DNA from: Zygnema circumcarinatum SAG 698-1b
Taxonomy: Eukaryota; Plantae; Zygnematophyceae
Assembly: GCA_037447605.1 (NCBI GenBank)
Contig: CM074814.1
Span: 1,798,001-1,862,000 of the forward strand
Reading direction: 5' to 3'
Length of the DNA: 64,000 nucleotides
The notes beneath the pieces are model-generated. The model was not told the origin of the DNA. It did no database searches and saw nothing but the letters and a program-made list of their open reading frames with translations. The number at the start of each line of letters is the position of its first letter. Position 1 is the stretch's first letter. Below, piece by piece: positions 47,527 to 58,349 of this stretch. Both the position numbers and the translations under genes were made by a program.

Positions 47527-48157
47527 TGTACGGTCATGTACGATTGTGTACGGCAATGTACGAAGGGTGTACGGTGGCAGGGCGGGGAAGGGTTTCAGGG
47601 GAGGACTCGGGTTCTGGAAGATTCGGACGCGGAAGGGTGGATTCGGAGTCCACCCGATCTTGGCGCGGCTCGAACTGGCTGGCGGATCCGGGGCGAGGTT
47701 CCCGCGGCGCTAGGGACGGGATTCGCGGCGGCCGTACGGCGGGTCCACGAGCGCGCGCCGACAGTCTTTGCGCGCGGCGCTGGCGCGGGCTGGGCCGTAC
47801 GGCTGGAACTGTACGAGGCCCGTTGCCGCGCGCTGTACGGACGGTGGCGGCCGTTGGTCGCGAACGTTCCGAACGAGCGAACGAACGAACGGGCTGGGTA
47901 CGGCTCCGTACGGGAAGGCGACGGGCACGGACGGGGACGGCCGCGAGAGCGAGGGCGAGGGCGGGGAAGGGCTTGTGGGAGCAGTGGAGCACCCACCGGC
48001 TGGCATAGCTGGGTACGGACTATGGAGTTGTCAGACAGCAAAAAGTTACGGAAAGCAATACAGTACGGAAAAGAAAGGTACGAAAGTACTCCGATGCAGG
48101 CAAATCTCTTCATCGCCGGGGTACTCGTTTTGGTGAAAAGCTTACGAGCGGACGTAC
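47527..48157. repeat. GTAC(G)-motif-rich tract with a helically phased TGTACG array upstream of the CHK gene
   Basis: TGTACG at 47527, 47537, 47547, 47557 and 47568; about 17 GTAC cores counted by eye in about 630 nt. Confidence 0.8.
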
Positions 48158-48727
48158 TGATGATTTTGAAGTCTGACAAGCCCTATTACAGCCGCGCTGT
48201 TGGGCCTGCCTACGGATAGAGTTCGCTCATTGACTTTCACTCGTGTGCGGGTCATTTGTGACCAGTTTACATGGAGCCGGCGTGAAGCCGCGGTTGGTTG
48301 TTGGTGGCCGTGCGTGGCGGGGGCCTTCCGCCGCTCCCTCCCTCCCACCCTCCCTCCCTCCCTCCCTCCGCGCGATGTGATGTGATGTGATGTGATGTGA
48401 TGTGATGTGCCGCACATCGATCGGTGACGTCCGCGGCTGCTTCGAGGGAGGGCTTGAAGCGGTGTTGAGCCGAGGCGTAGCTTTCCGCTCCTCGCCTTTT
48501 TTCCTTCGTGCTTAGGTCCTTTGCGCCCAGTCCCTCGTGGTTCTCTTCCCCATGCTGATTTTGTCCATGCACATTTGATGGCCCCGCCATCGTGAGATCA
48601 ATGGCACTTTCATTTTATTTCCGTTCGCATTGGTTCTACAAGTTTGCTTTTGTCCATGTACAACTGGTAGCGTCACGTTCATGATTTGTTTGCAAAATCA
48701 CTTTCTCTCTGATTCTTGGATGCTACC

Positions 48728-48871
48728 AATAGCGGATCTACATATACAAGTTGGAGTGGTTAATTCGAGTTTTCATTTATTTTTATTTAATGTTATAAAT
48801 GTAATTTATGTATTCTATGTTGGAAGGGGGGGTTAGCCCACCCTCAGAAAGAATAGTGGCTCCGCCCTTGT
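48728..48871. mobile_element. Possible hAT-type MITE remnant
   Basis: The 3' end ggggggttagcccaccc...gtggctccgccctt resembles GGCGGAGCCA-type TIR ends, with an AT-rich interior and a degenerate 5' end (tagcggatct). No TSD seen. Confidence 0.3.
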
Positions 48872-49164
48872 TAGTTACTAAGGGGCTTTTTCGAGTCACC
48901 GACTAACTAACTGCTGAGGGACGTTTCAAACCCTCAGTTAGGGTTTCGTTATTTAATTAGTTAGGATTTTTTCGATGCACCTACTGACATGCCTAAAGCC
49001 CTTGCCGATGCCCGGCAGTTTACATTCTGCAGTACTGTTGTCAATCTTGTGTGCATTCATGCATTTGCAACAACACCATGAATGGTTCTAACTTCATTCA
49101 CTACGATTTCATCTCCACTATGGTATATGGTGTCACAGTCCTCCGAGAGAGCCTGCGGCCATTT

Positions 49165-49205
<41 letters not shown>

Positions 49206-49339
49206 GCCACATGTTTGGCATGTCAGCCATGGCTCCATCGCCATCGAACGTGCCGAAGTGCCCCCAACGCGTGATGTGACGTGATATGACGTGACGTGAC
49301 CCTTCGCAGTTTTGCGGCTCGGCCGGGCCCCGTCAGGGA

Positions 49340-52300
49340 TATTGAAAAAGACGGAGTGGACATTGTACGATCAAAGTGAGGACAGAGAGAGTTGACACAA
49401 AAGACAGATGTGTGATTAACGTGGTAAAAAGTACAATGTCCTAATCTGTTTTATATACATTGCGGCTAGAGCTACACGACAAAAGAGTGTGGAACTAGCC
49501 TGAGTAAGGGCGGCTGGGTGTAAGCACAGAGCCGCAAAGGCACAACTAAACTAACAGTGAAAGTACAAGCTAAAAGGACAGCCAGGTGTAAGTACACGTG
49601 GCTGGGAAAACGACAAAATAGTACGACAAAACTGAGAATGTCGGATTCTCAACACTCCCTCTCATTCGAAAGTGTGGAGTCCGCGTAAGAGCCGTGAAGC
49701 TCAAAAGCCGGGCTGGCCGCATGGGCCTTGGCAGAAAATCAGCGGGTCCGCCAGACGGCAGGGACGTTAGGAGGAAGGTGGGCAGCCGCTTCAATCTTGT
49801 CCCTATGGGGCGGAACTCAATGTCGATGTGTTTGGCACGCTGATGGTGCACGGGTTTTGCATGAGGGCAAGGGCACCTTGAGAGTCCGTGAAGACGGTGG
49901 TAGCGTGAGGGGGAGGGAAGGTGAGGTTGGAGAGGAGGGATCGGAGCCAAACAGCCTCTTTGGCAGCAGTGGAGGCGGCCATATACTCTGCTTCAGTGGA
50001 GGATGTGGCCACTGTAGGCTGCTTCCGAGAGGACCATGAAATAAGGCCACTGCCCAGAGAAAAACACGAGCCAGTAACCGAACGCCTTGTGTCGGGGTCA
50101 CTGCCCCAGTCAGAGTCACAATAGCCAACGAGGGTGGGGGAGCCAGAGGAGAAGGTAAGGCTCAGGGCTTTGGTGCCCTGAAGGTAACGAAGGACACGCT
50201 TGGCAGCGCTGAAGTGAGCAGAAGAGGGGCGGTGAAGGTATTGGCTTAGCTGCCCGACGGCGGCAGCTAGGTCGGGCCGGGTACACAACATTGCATACAT
50301 AAGGGAGCCCACGATGGATCGGTAAGTGGCATGCTCCGTGGGGTCGGGGGAGCCAGCCACAAGGGAGGTAAGGTGAATGTGGGCGTCCAGGGGGGTGGAG
50401 ATGGGGTTGCAAGCGGCCATCCCAAAACGGTCAAGGAGATCGGAAACATACTTTTCCTGACTGAGGTGAAGGGTCCGAGCAGCCTGATCTCGAATGACGT
50501 GAATCCCGAGACACCATTGCAGTTCGACGAGGTCCGTCATGTCAAAATGGCTGCGAAGGAGCTTTTTGACATCCGAAATGGTGGAAAGGGAGGGACCACA
50601 GATGATTAAGTCATCAACGTAAACGGCAAGGATGGTGAGGGTCTGACCGTGGCCACGAAGATAGATGCTGAAATCGGCGTCGATACGAGTGAAGCCGCTG
50701 GCAAGTAGGACAGCATCCAAAGTGCGGTTCCGGACGCGTGGTGCTTGCCGGAGGCCATAGATGAATTTGTTGAGGCGGCAGAAGAGGTGTTCGGTGCCGG
50801 GAGTGACATACCCGTCGGGTTGGCGCATAAAAATCGTTTCTTGAAGGTCCCCGTAGAGGAAGGCGGTTTTGACATCCATCTGGTGAATTTCCCAATCGTG
50901 AGTGGCGGAGAGGGCAAGGAGGACGCGAATGGAGGTGAATTTGGCCACCGGGGCATAAGTTTCGGTGAAGTCGATGCCTTCGAGCTGAGAGAACCCCTTG
51001 GCTACAAAACGGGCTTTGTAGCGGTNNNNNNNNNNACGGGGTTTTGCATGAGGGCAAGGGCACCTTGAGAGTCCGTGAAGACGGTGGTAGCGTGAGGGGG
51101 AGGGAAGGTGAGGTTGGAGAGGAGGGATCGGAGCCAAACAGCCTCTTTGGCAGCAGTGGAGGCGGCCATATACTCTGCTTCAGTGGAGGATGTGGCCACT
51201 GTAGGCTGCTTCCGAGAGGACCATGAAATAAGGCCACTGCCCAGAGAAAAACACGAGCCAGTAACCGAACGCCTTGTGTCGGGGTCACTGCCCCAGTCAG
51301 AGTCACAATAGCCAACGAGGGTGGGGGAGCCAGAGGAGAAGGTAAGGCTCAGGGCTTTGGTGCCCTGAAGGTAACGAAGGACACGCTTGGCAGCGCTGAA
51401 GTGAGCAGAAGAGGGGCGGTGAAGGTATTGGCTGAGCTGCCCGACGGCGGCAGCTAGGTCGGGCCGGGTACACAGCATTGCATACATAAGGGATCCCACG
51501 ATGGATCGGTAAGTGGCATGCTCCGTGGGGTCGGGGGAGCCAGCCACAAGGGAGGTAAGGTGAATGTGGGCGTCCAGGGGGGTGGAGATGGGGTTGCAAG
51601 CGGCCATCCCAAAACGGTCAAGGAGATCGGAAACATACTTTTCCTGACTGAGGTGAAGGGTCCGAGCAGCCTGATCTCGAATGACGTGAATCCCGAGACA
51701 CCATTGCAGTTCGACGAGGTCCGTCATGTCAAAATGGCTGCGAAGGAGCTTTTTGACATCCGAAATGGTGGAAAGGGAGGGACCACAGATGATTAAGTCA
51801 TCAACGTAAACGGCAAGGATGGTGAGGGTCTGACCGTGGCCACGAAGATAGATGCTGAAATCGGCGTCGATACGAGTGAAGCCGCTGGCAAGTAGGACAG
51901 CATCCAAAGTGCGGTTCCGGACGCGTGGTGCTTGCCGGAGGCCATAGATGAATTTGTTGAGGCGGCAGAAGAGGTGTTCGGTGCCGGGAGTGACATACCC
52001 GTCGGGTTGGCGCATAAAGATCGTTTCTTGAAGGTCCCCGTAGAGGAATGCGGTTTTGACATCCATCTGGTGAATTTCCCAATCGTGGGTGGCGGAGAGA
52101 GCAAGGAGGACGCGAATGGAGGTGAATTTGGCCACCGGGGCATACGTTTCGGTGAAGTCGATGCCTTCAAGCTGAGAGAACCCCTTGGCTACAAAACGGG
52201 CTTTATAGCGGTCAACCGAGCCGTCGGATTTTTGTTTGATTTTAAATACCCATTTAGAGCCGATGGCGCGACGACCGGGTGGGAGGGGGACAAGGTCCCA

Positions 52301-54703
52301 CGTGTTGTTTTTCTGAAGGGAGAGGAATTCAGCATCAGCGGCAGCTTTCCAAAGGGCGGCGTCAGGGGTGCGAAGGGCGGCAGCAAAAGTAGGGGGGGCA
52401 GACGAGGAGGCGATGAAGGCCATGGCGGAGGAAAGGAGGGCATGGGCGGCAGTGTCGATAATTTTCCACGTGGGTCGCCGATCGCGAGTGCCGTGGCGGG
52501 GGGCAGGGCCGGGNNNNNNNNNNTGGAGAAGGCGGTGGACATAAACTCGCCGCCGTTATCAGTGCGAAGGGTCTTGATGCGGCGACCGAGAAGGGTCTCT
52601 GCACGGGCTTTGAACTCTTGGAAGCGGGAGAAAACGTCAGACTTGTGAGCGATGGGAAAAACGTGGGAAAAATGAGTCGCTTGGTCAATGAAAGTGACAA
52701 AGTATGATGCGCCGCCGAGGCTAACATCACGCATAGGGCCACAGACATCAGAATGAATGAGTGCCAGAGGCTCAGAGACAAGGGTGGAGCTTGAGGGAAA
52801 AGGCAATCTGGTCATTTTTCCTTGAATACAGCCTGAACAAAAGTCTAACTTGTCGGTAGAGAAAGAGTCTAAACCTAACACTAAGCCCTGTCCGAGAGTT
52901 CTGAGGCTACTTTCAGCAAGGTGGCCAAAGCGGAGGTGCCACCGAGCAAAGGTAAGGGGGGGGTCAGTGGTGTGAGCATGGGCGTGCCCAAGGGAGGCTG
53001 CAAAAGATGTGAGGGAAAACAAGCGGCCGGTTTTGCGGCCGTGCCCAACTACAGCGTCTGGGGTGAAGAAAGTAACCCCGTCTGGCCTAAAAAGAGCTGA
53101 AATGCCTAAAATCAGGATGGAGGCTACTGAAAACAGATTCTTCGCGAGGCCATCCACCAGGTAGACGTCATCGATGATGAAGCGCTGGCCGTCAATTAGA
53201 GTGGAAACCTGGCCGACATGCGTGGCAGTCAAGGAGCGGTTATCCCCTAAGAAAATGGTCATGGGGAGAGGGAGGGGAGAGAGCCGAGAGAACCAGTCAC
53301 GACGAAAAGTTAGATGATGGGAGGCACCCGAGTCAATAAGCCAAGTGGAGTCAGGGAGAGAAGGGTCATACCCAAAAGGGTCCAAGGCCGAAAAAGTTGA
53401 CCGAACTCTAGAGCACCATAGACTCCATACCCGGGTGGGGAGGCGGTCGGGGTCGGGGAAGCCGGGTGAAGATAGAGGGTAAATGCATGGGCGGCAAGGG
53501 ACTATGCTGGAGCCGGGTAGGGGAACGTGGAGGGAGGGTGGCTGCAGCTGTAATGACAGTTCGGGGACCAATCGCAGGGCCAAATCGAGGGCGCCATGGA
53601 TACTGATACGCGCTGCCGGGCGGAGGTACGACGGGCGCGCTGCAAAGTCGGCGCGCTTCCTGGCCAGAGCGGGACAGCTTGTCCTTTACGTGAGTCCGTT
53701 CCTTGCAATACCGATAAAAAGAGGGCCAGGAGACTTGGCGAGGACCATCCAAAAGCGGACGCTGGGAGTGATCCGAGGTGAATCTTTTTCCTCCTCGTTC
53801 AAAAGAAGGTCGGTCAGATCAGCGACAGTTAGTGAGATCGAGGCAGCATCAATGGACAAGATGAAGGACCGGAAAGAGTCGGGCAGCCCGCCTAAAAGAT
53901 TATAGATGATCTCATCATCATGAATCCACGAATCAATAAAGCGCGGCCGCTCAGCAAAGGATTTGACGCGGTCAGTATATGTCAGCATGGTTTCAGAGGA
54001 TTCCCTTTACGCAGTTAGTGAAGTCACGCCGCAAACGGAGTTTGTGAGACCACTTCCGAGGTTCGTACGCATTGGTCAGAAGAGTCCAAGCGTCGTGGGA
54101 GCTGGTGGCGTCACGGACGTGTCCGATGAGACTGCGCTGAATGCCGAGTGTGATGCGGAGAAACGCCTTCTTGTCACGTTTTGTCCAATCGGCGATCTCC
54201 TTCGCGCGTGCAGCCAAGGCGGCCGCGTCGGCGGTGGAGGGAAGTGGCAAAGGACAGGTCTCTAGACCAGTAACGACAGACCACAGATTCTCTTCCTCAA
54301 AAAGCTGCTGGCACTGAAACTTCCAGTCGTGCCAGTTTGTCCCATCAAATTTTTCAAGCGCATTTGAGGCATGAGTGGGCCCATAACCTATTGAAAAAGA
54401 CGGAGTGGACATTGTACGATCAAAGTGAGGACAGAGAGAGTTGACACAAAAGACAGATGTGTGATTAACGTGGTAAAAAGTACAATGTCCTAATCTGTTT
54501 TATATACATTGCGGCTAGAGCTACACGACAAAAGAGTGTGGAACTAGCCTGAGTAAGGGCGGCTGGGTGTAAGCACAGAGCCGCAAAGGCACAACTAAAC
54601 TAACAGTGAAAGTACAAGCTAAAAGGACAGCCAGGTGTAAGTACACGTGGCTGGGAAAACGACAAAATAGTACGACAAAACTGAGAATGTCGGATTCTCA
54701 ACA
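49340..54703 (-). mobile_element. Ty1/Copia LTR retrotransposon (half-tRNA-primed, Osser/Ty5/copia type), internally inflated by assembly duplication
   Basis: 315-bp LTRs at 49340-49654 and 54389-54703, with no differences seen by eye. TSD AGGGA (49335-49339 and 54704-54708). PBS GGTTATGGGCCC; PPT aatgagagggag. Domain order: gag (LEKFDGTNW..WKF), PR (WLIDSGASHH), INT (LIHSDVCGP, RTDNGGEF), RT (YKARFVAKGFSQ, YVDDL), RNase H (YCDSDW, SSTEAEY, KHID). Confidence 0.97.
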
Positions 54704-55344
54704 AGGGAACCCTCCGCCCGCCCGCCCGGCCGCGCCAGGCTGGCTGGCCAACTGGCGCCTTCTGGCGGCGCCACGTGGCCTGCCCCGCGCCGGCGCGGGC
54801 TCCCTTTCCCTCCCCGCTCGGGCCCCGGCCCCTCCGCGCTGCCACGTGGCGGTCCGCCGAGCCCTCGGCGGCGCCGTCAGCGTCCGGTTGACGTGGACCG
54901 CCGTGCCACGTGGCGCCTGCAGCCTCGGCTCCGCCGTCGCCATGGGCCCGCCCGCCCGCCCGCCCGCCCGCCCGCCCTACAAGGCCGCCCGCCGGCCTCA
55001 CTCGCGGACAACCTTCTCTCGCTCTCTCTCTCGTTCTCTCGCTCTCTCTCTCTCTCTGCTCTGTTCCCAGCGCTGCCTAAAGCGCCACCGTAGCTGCAGA
55101 AAGGAAGGCGATGGACGGGAAGAAGCTGCAGTTGCAGATGTTCCCCCTCAACGAGCTTCCGGAGGGTTGCTTGGCGGAGGTGATGCGGCATCTTTCTCCT
55201 GACGACGTAGGGAGACTCGCTTGCGTGAGCGCCACGTTTGCAGCGGCTGCGCGCTCGCACACTGTGTGGGAGGTGCTTGTGCCAAGGCAGCATGGGCCCT
55301 TTTGGAAGATGGCCTCTCCTGCTCGGCCTATTGCNNNNNNNNNN

Positions 55345-56655
55345 GCACGCCGCAAACGGAGTTTGTGAGACCACTTCCGAGGTTCGTACGCATTGGTCAG
55401 AAGAGTCCAAGCGTCGTGGGAGCTGGTGGCGTCACGGACGTGTCCGATGAGACTGCGCTGAATGCCGAGTGTGATGCGGAGAAACGCCTTCTTGTCACGT
55501 TTTGTCCAATCGGCGATCTCCTTCGCGCGTGCAGCCAAGGCGGCCGCGTCGGCGGTGGAGGGAAGTGGCAAAGGACAGGTCTCTAGACCAGTAACGACAG
55601 ACCACAGATTCTCTTCCTCAAAAAGCTGCTGGCACTGAAACTTCCAGTCGTGCCAGTTTGTCCCATCAAATTTTTCAAGCGCATTTGAGGCATGAGTGGG
55701 CCCATAACCTATTGAAAAAGACGGAGTGGACATTGTACGATCAAAGTGAGGACAGAGAGAGTTGACACAAAAGACAGATGTGTGATTAACGTGGTAAAAA
55801 GTACAATGTCCTAATCTGTTTTATATACATTGCGGCTAGAGCTACACGACAAAAGAGTGTGGAACTAGCCTGAGTAAGGGCGGCTGGGTGTAAGCACAGA
55901 GCCGCAAAGGCACAACTAAACTAACAGTGAAAGTACAAGCTAAAAGGACAGCCAGGTGTAAGTACACGTGGCTGGGAAAACGACAAAATAGTACGACAAA
56001 ACTGAGAATGTCGGATTCTCAACAAGGGAACCCTCCGCCCGCCCGCCCGGCCGCGCCAGGCTGGCTGGCCAACTGGCGCCTTCTGGCGGCGCCACGTGGC
56101 CTGCCCCGCGCCGGCGCGGGCTCCCTTTCCCTCCCCGCTCGGGCCCCGGCCCCTCCGCGCTGCCACGTGGCGGTCCGCCGAGCCCTCGGCGGCGCCGTCA
56201 GCGTCCGGTTGACGTGGACCGCCGTGCCACGTGGCGCCTGCAGCCTCGGCTCCGCCGTCGCCATGGGCCCGCCCGCCCGCCCGCCCGCCCGCCCGCCCTA
56301 CAAGGCCGCCCGCCGGCCTCACTCGCGGACAACCTTCTCTCGCTCTCTCTCTCGTTCTCTCGCTCTCTCTCTCTCTCTGCTCTGTTCCCAGCGCTGCCTA
56401 AAGCGCCACCGTAGCTGCAGAAAGGAAGGCGATGGACGGGAAGAAGCTGCAGTTGCAGATGTTCCCCCTCAACGAGCTTCCGGAGGGTTGCTTGGCGGAG
56501 GTGATGCGGCATCTTTCTCCTGACGACGTAGGGAGACTCGCTTGCGTGAGCGCCACGTTTGCAGCGGCTGCGCGCTCGCACACTGTGTGGGAGGTGCTTG
56601 TGCCAAGGCAGCATGGGCCCTTTTGGAAGATGGCCTCTCCTGCTCGGCCTATTGC
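55345..56655. repeat. Duplicate of about 54024-55334 (gag 5' end, third LTR 55710-56024, F-box promoter and 5' end) across the N gap at 55335-55344; likely assembly artefact
   Basis: ORFs recur at an offset of 1321 nt (54600 vs 55921, 54606 vs 55927), and the same AGGGA flank follows the LTR. Confidence 0.9.
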
Positions 56656-57418
56656 ACCTGCGCACCCCCATGGATCGCCCAGCCTGGAGCTCTACAAAGC
56701 TCTTAGGAAGGGCGTCTACTTCAACAATGGACGGTACCACCTAGACGTGAATCCTCTCACCGGCCAGTTCCGCATCAGCATCTCTGTGGCGCAGGCCATG
56801 GAGGTCACCTGGAGCCGCCACAGAGGGAGGCCGGAACTGTGGGCAAAAACTCCTGCAATTCGCACCTCTCCGTTTCTCAAAACTGGACACCTTGCAGTTA
56901 TTCACTGGACGAAGATTAAGTGCGAGCTGGACCTCTGCCTTCCTCCTGGATCCTATTCCGTTATGTGGCGACTTGGTCGGGAATACCTCCCTGAAGATGA
57001 AGATGATCTGTTTGAGCAGCATCCTAACAGTCCTGCGGATTCTCCGCCACTGAGTCCGGGCCCTTCGTCTCCAACATGTAGCAACGTAAACAACACTCGT
57101 GCGGGGCGCATGGGCGTCTCTTTTATCTGCTTGGAAGTGGGAGCGCAGAGCAAGATAGCCGTGAAAGAGGGAAAACCAGTCATTGCTGCAGTGCCAATAT
57201 CGCAGGAAAATGTTGCTGTGGTGCCTCAATGGACAGAATTCAAGGTCGCTGAAATATTTGTGGATGCAAACTCCGAGAAGTCCGATCTCTGCAGAGTTCA
57301 GCTTGAGGCCGAGCTGAAAGATACTCCTCGGCGTAAAGTCGCCTTGTATGCGGACTCGCTGGTGTTGGAGTCGCAGCAGCCAACAGCAGGCAGTATAGTC
57401 AAAAGGTTAAAGGAATAG
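56432..57418 (+). CDS. F-box protein with PP2-like C-terminal domain, intronless (truncated duplicate at 55111-55334)
   Basis: F-box LNELPEGCLAEVMRHLSPDDVGRLACVSATFAAAARSHTVWE. PP2-like EVTWS...W...LAVIHWTKI...LPPGSYSVMWRL...WTEFKVAE...LYADSLVL. Confidence 0.8.
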   Translation: MDGKKLQLQMFPLNELPEGCLAEVMRHLSPDDVGRLACVSATFAAAARSHTVWEVLVPRQHGPFWKMASPARPIAPAHPHGSPSLELYKALRKGVYFNNGRYHLDVNPLTGQFRISISVAQAMEVTWSRHRGRPELWAKTPAIRTSPFLKTGHLAVIHWTKIKCELDLCLPPGSYSVMWRLGREYLPEDEDDLFEQHPNSPADSPPLSPGPSSPTCSNVNNTRAGRMGVSFICLEVGAQSKIAVKEGKPVIAAVPISQENVAVVPQWTEFKVAEIFVDANSEKSDLCRVQLEAELKDTPRRKVALYADSLVLESQQPTAGSIVKRLKE

Positions 57419-58240
57419 AGCTTTGCGTAGGTAATTTGCATGAAAATTCGTATTATCTTTGTAACAGAAACTGCTGCGAGGCAGCACAGATTGAGTTTTC
57501 ACCCGGTAAATCAGACCCGCTTTTCTCCTGCTCTCAGTCAATGTCTTATGACTGTGGCAGAGCAACAAACGTAAATAAAACGTAAATATTGTCTTTCAGC
57601 AAATGTAGGTGTGCAGAACTTAGATAGGGTAACCGCAAACTACGACACTTTAATCTGATATAATAAATCGGTATTAGCATATTAATGTATAGTGCAGATT
57701 TCATTCAGAAAGCGAAGCAAATTATAACCATGGACTAACCTTCATAACCTCTTTGAAGGGGCGTTCATGAAAAATGGAAAGCACTGTAAATATCAATTTT
57801 CGTTTTCTAAGTATGCACAAGTGCTACGCTAGACAAAAAAAAAAAAGAGCGGGCACTTAGGAAAATGGAATGTGTACTTTCTGTATAGCAAAATTGATTA
57901 TAACTTTTTTTTTTATTATCGAAGTTCTTCCATGTTCTATTCTGTACAATTATGAATTTTGCCAAACTGCCTTTTACAGTCGAAACAAAACATATCATAA
58001 ACAACTTTGATTTTTTTTTAATCAAGGTTTTAAAGAACATATTACGTGCGGGAACAAAATTTTCGTTTCTATAATCATTCCATATAACATTTTATCAATC
58101 TGACGAGGTTAACAAAGCTTAAATACTCAGCCAAATATGTAAATGAAGAGTAATATCTACTTCACATTACTGCAACATCCTATTCGTATTTTTTTTTTTT
58201 TTTTTTGCTATTAGCAAGTAACAATGATACATATATATAT

Positions 58241-58290
58241 AACCCTACAACCCTCACCCTAACTTTAACTCTAACCCTACTCCCTCCCTA
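58241..58290. repeat. Degenerate telomere-like (AACCCT) tract in the 3' region of the glycosidase-like gene
   Basis: aaccctacaaccctcaccctaactttaactctaaccctactccctcccta. Confidence 0.55.
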
Positions 58291-58349
58291 ACACAACGGC
58301 TTGACTATGTAACTGTCCTTCATAACAGTGGAACGGCTGTGCTGCATGC

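Noticed and set aside
48375-49310. (gatgt)n, (cccatg)n and (gtgac)n microsatellites
   Set aside because: Ordinary simple repeats with no spacer or higher-order structure.
49358-49441. 11-bp inverted repeat in the Copia LTR (ggacattgtac / gtacaatgtcc) that could sequester the gag AUG
   Set aside because: The upstream arm lies within about 27 nt of the TATA box, so it is probably not included in the transcript.
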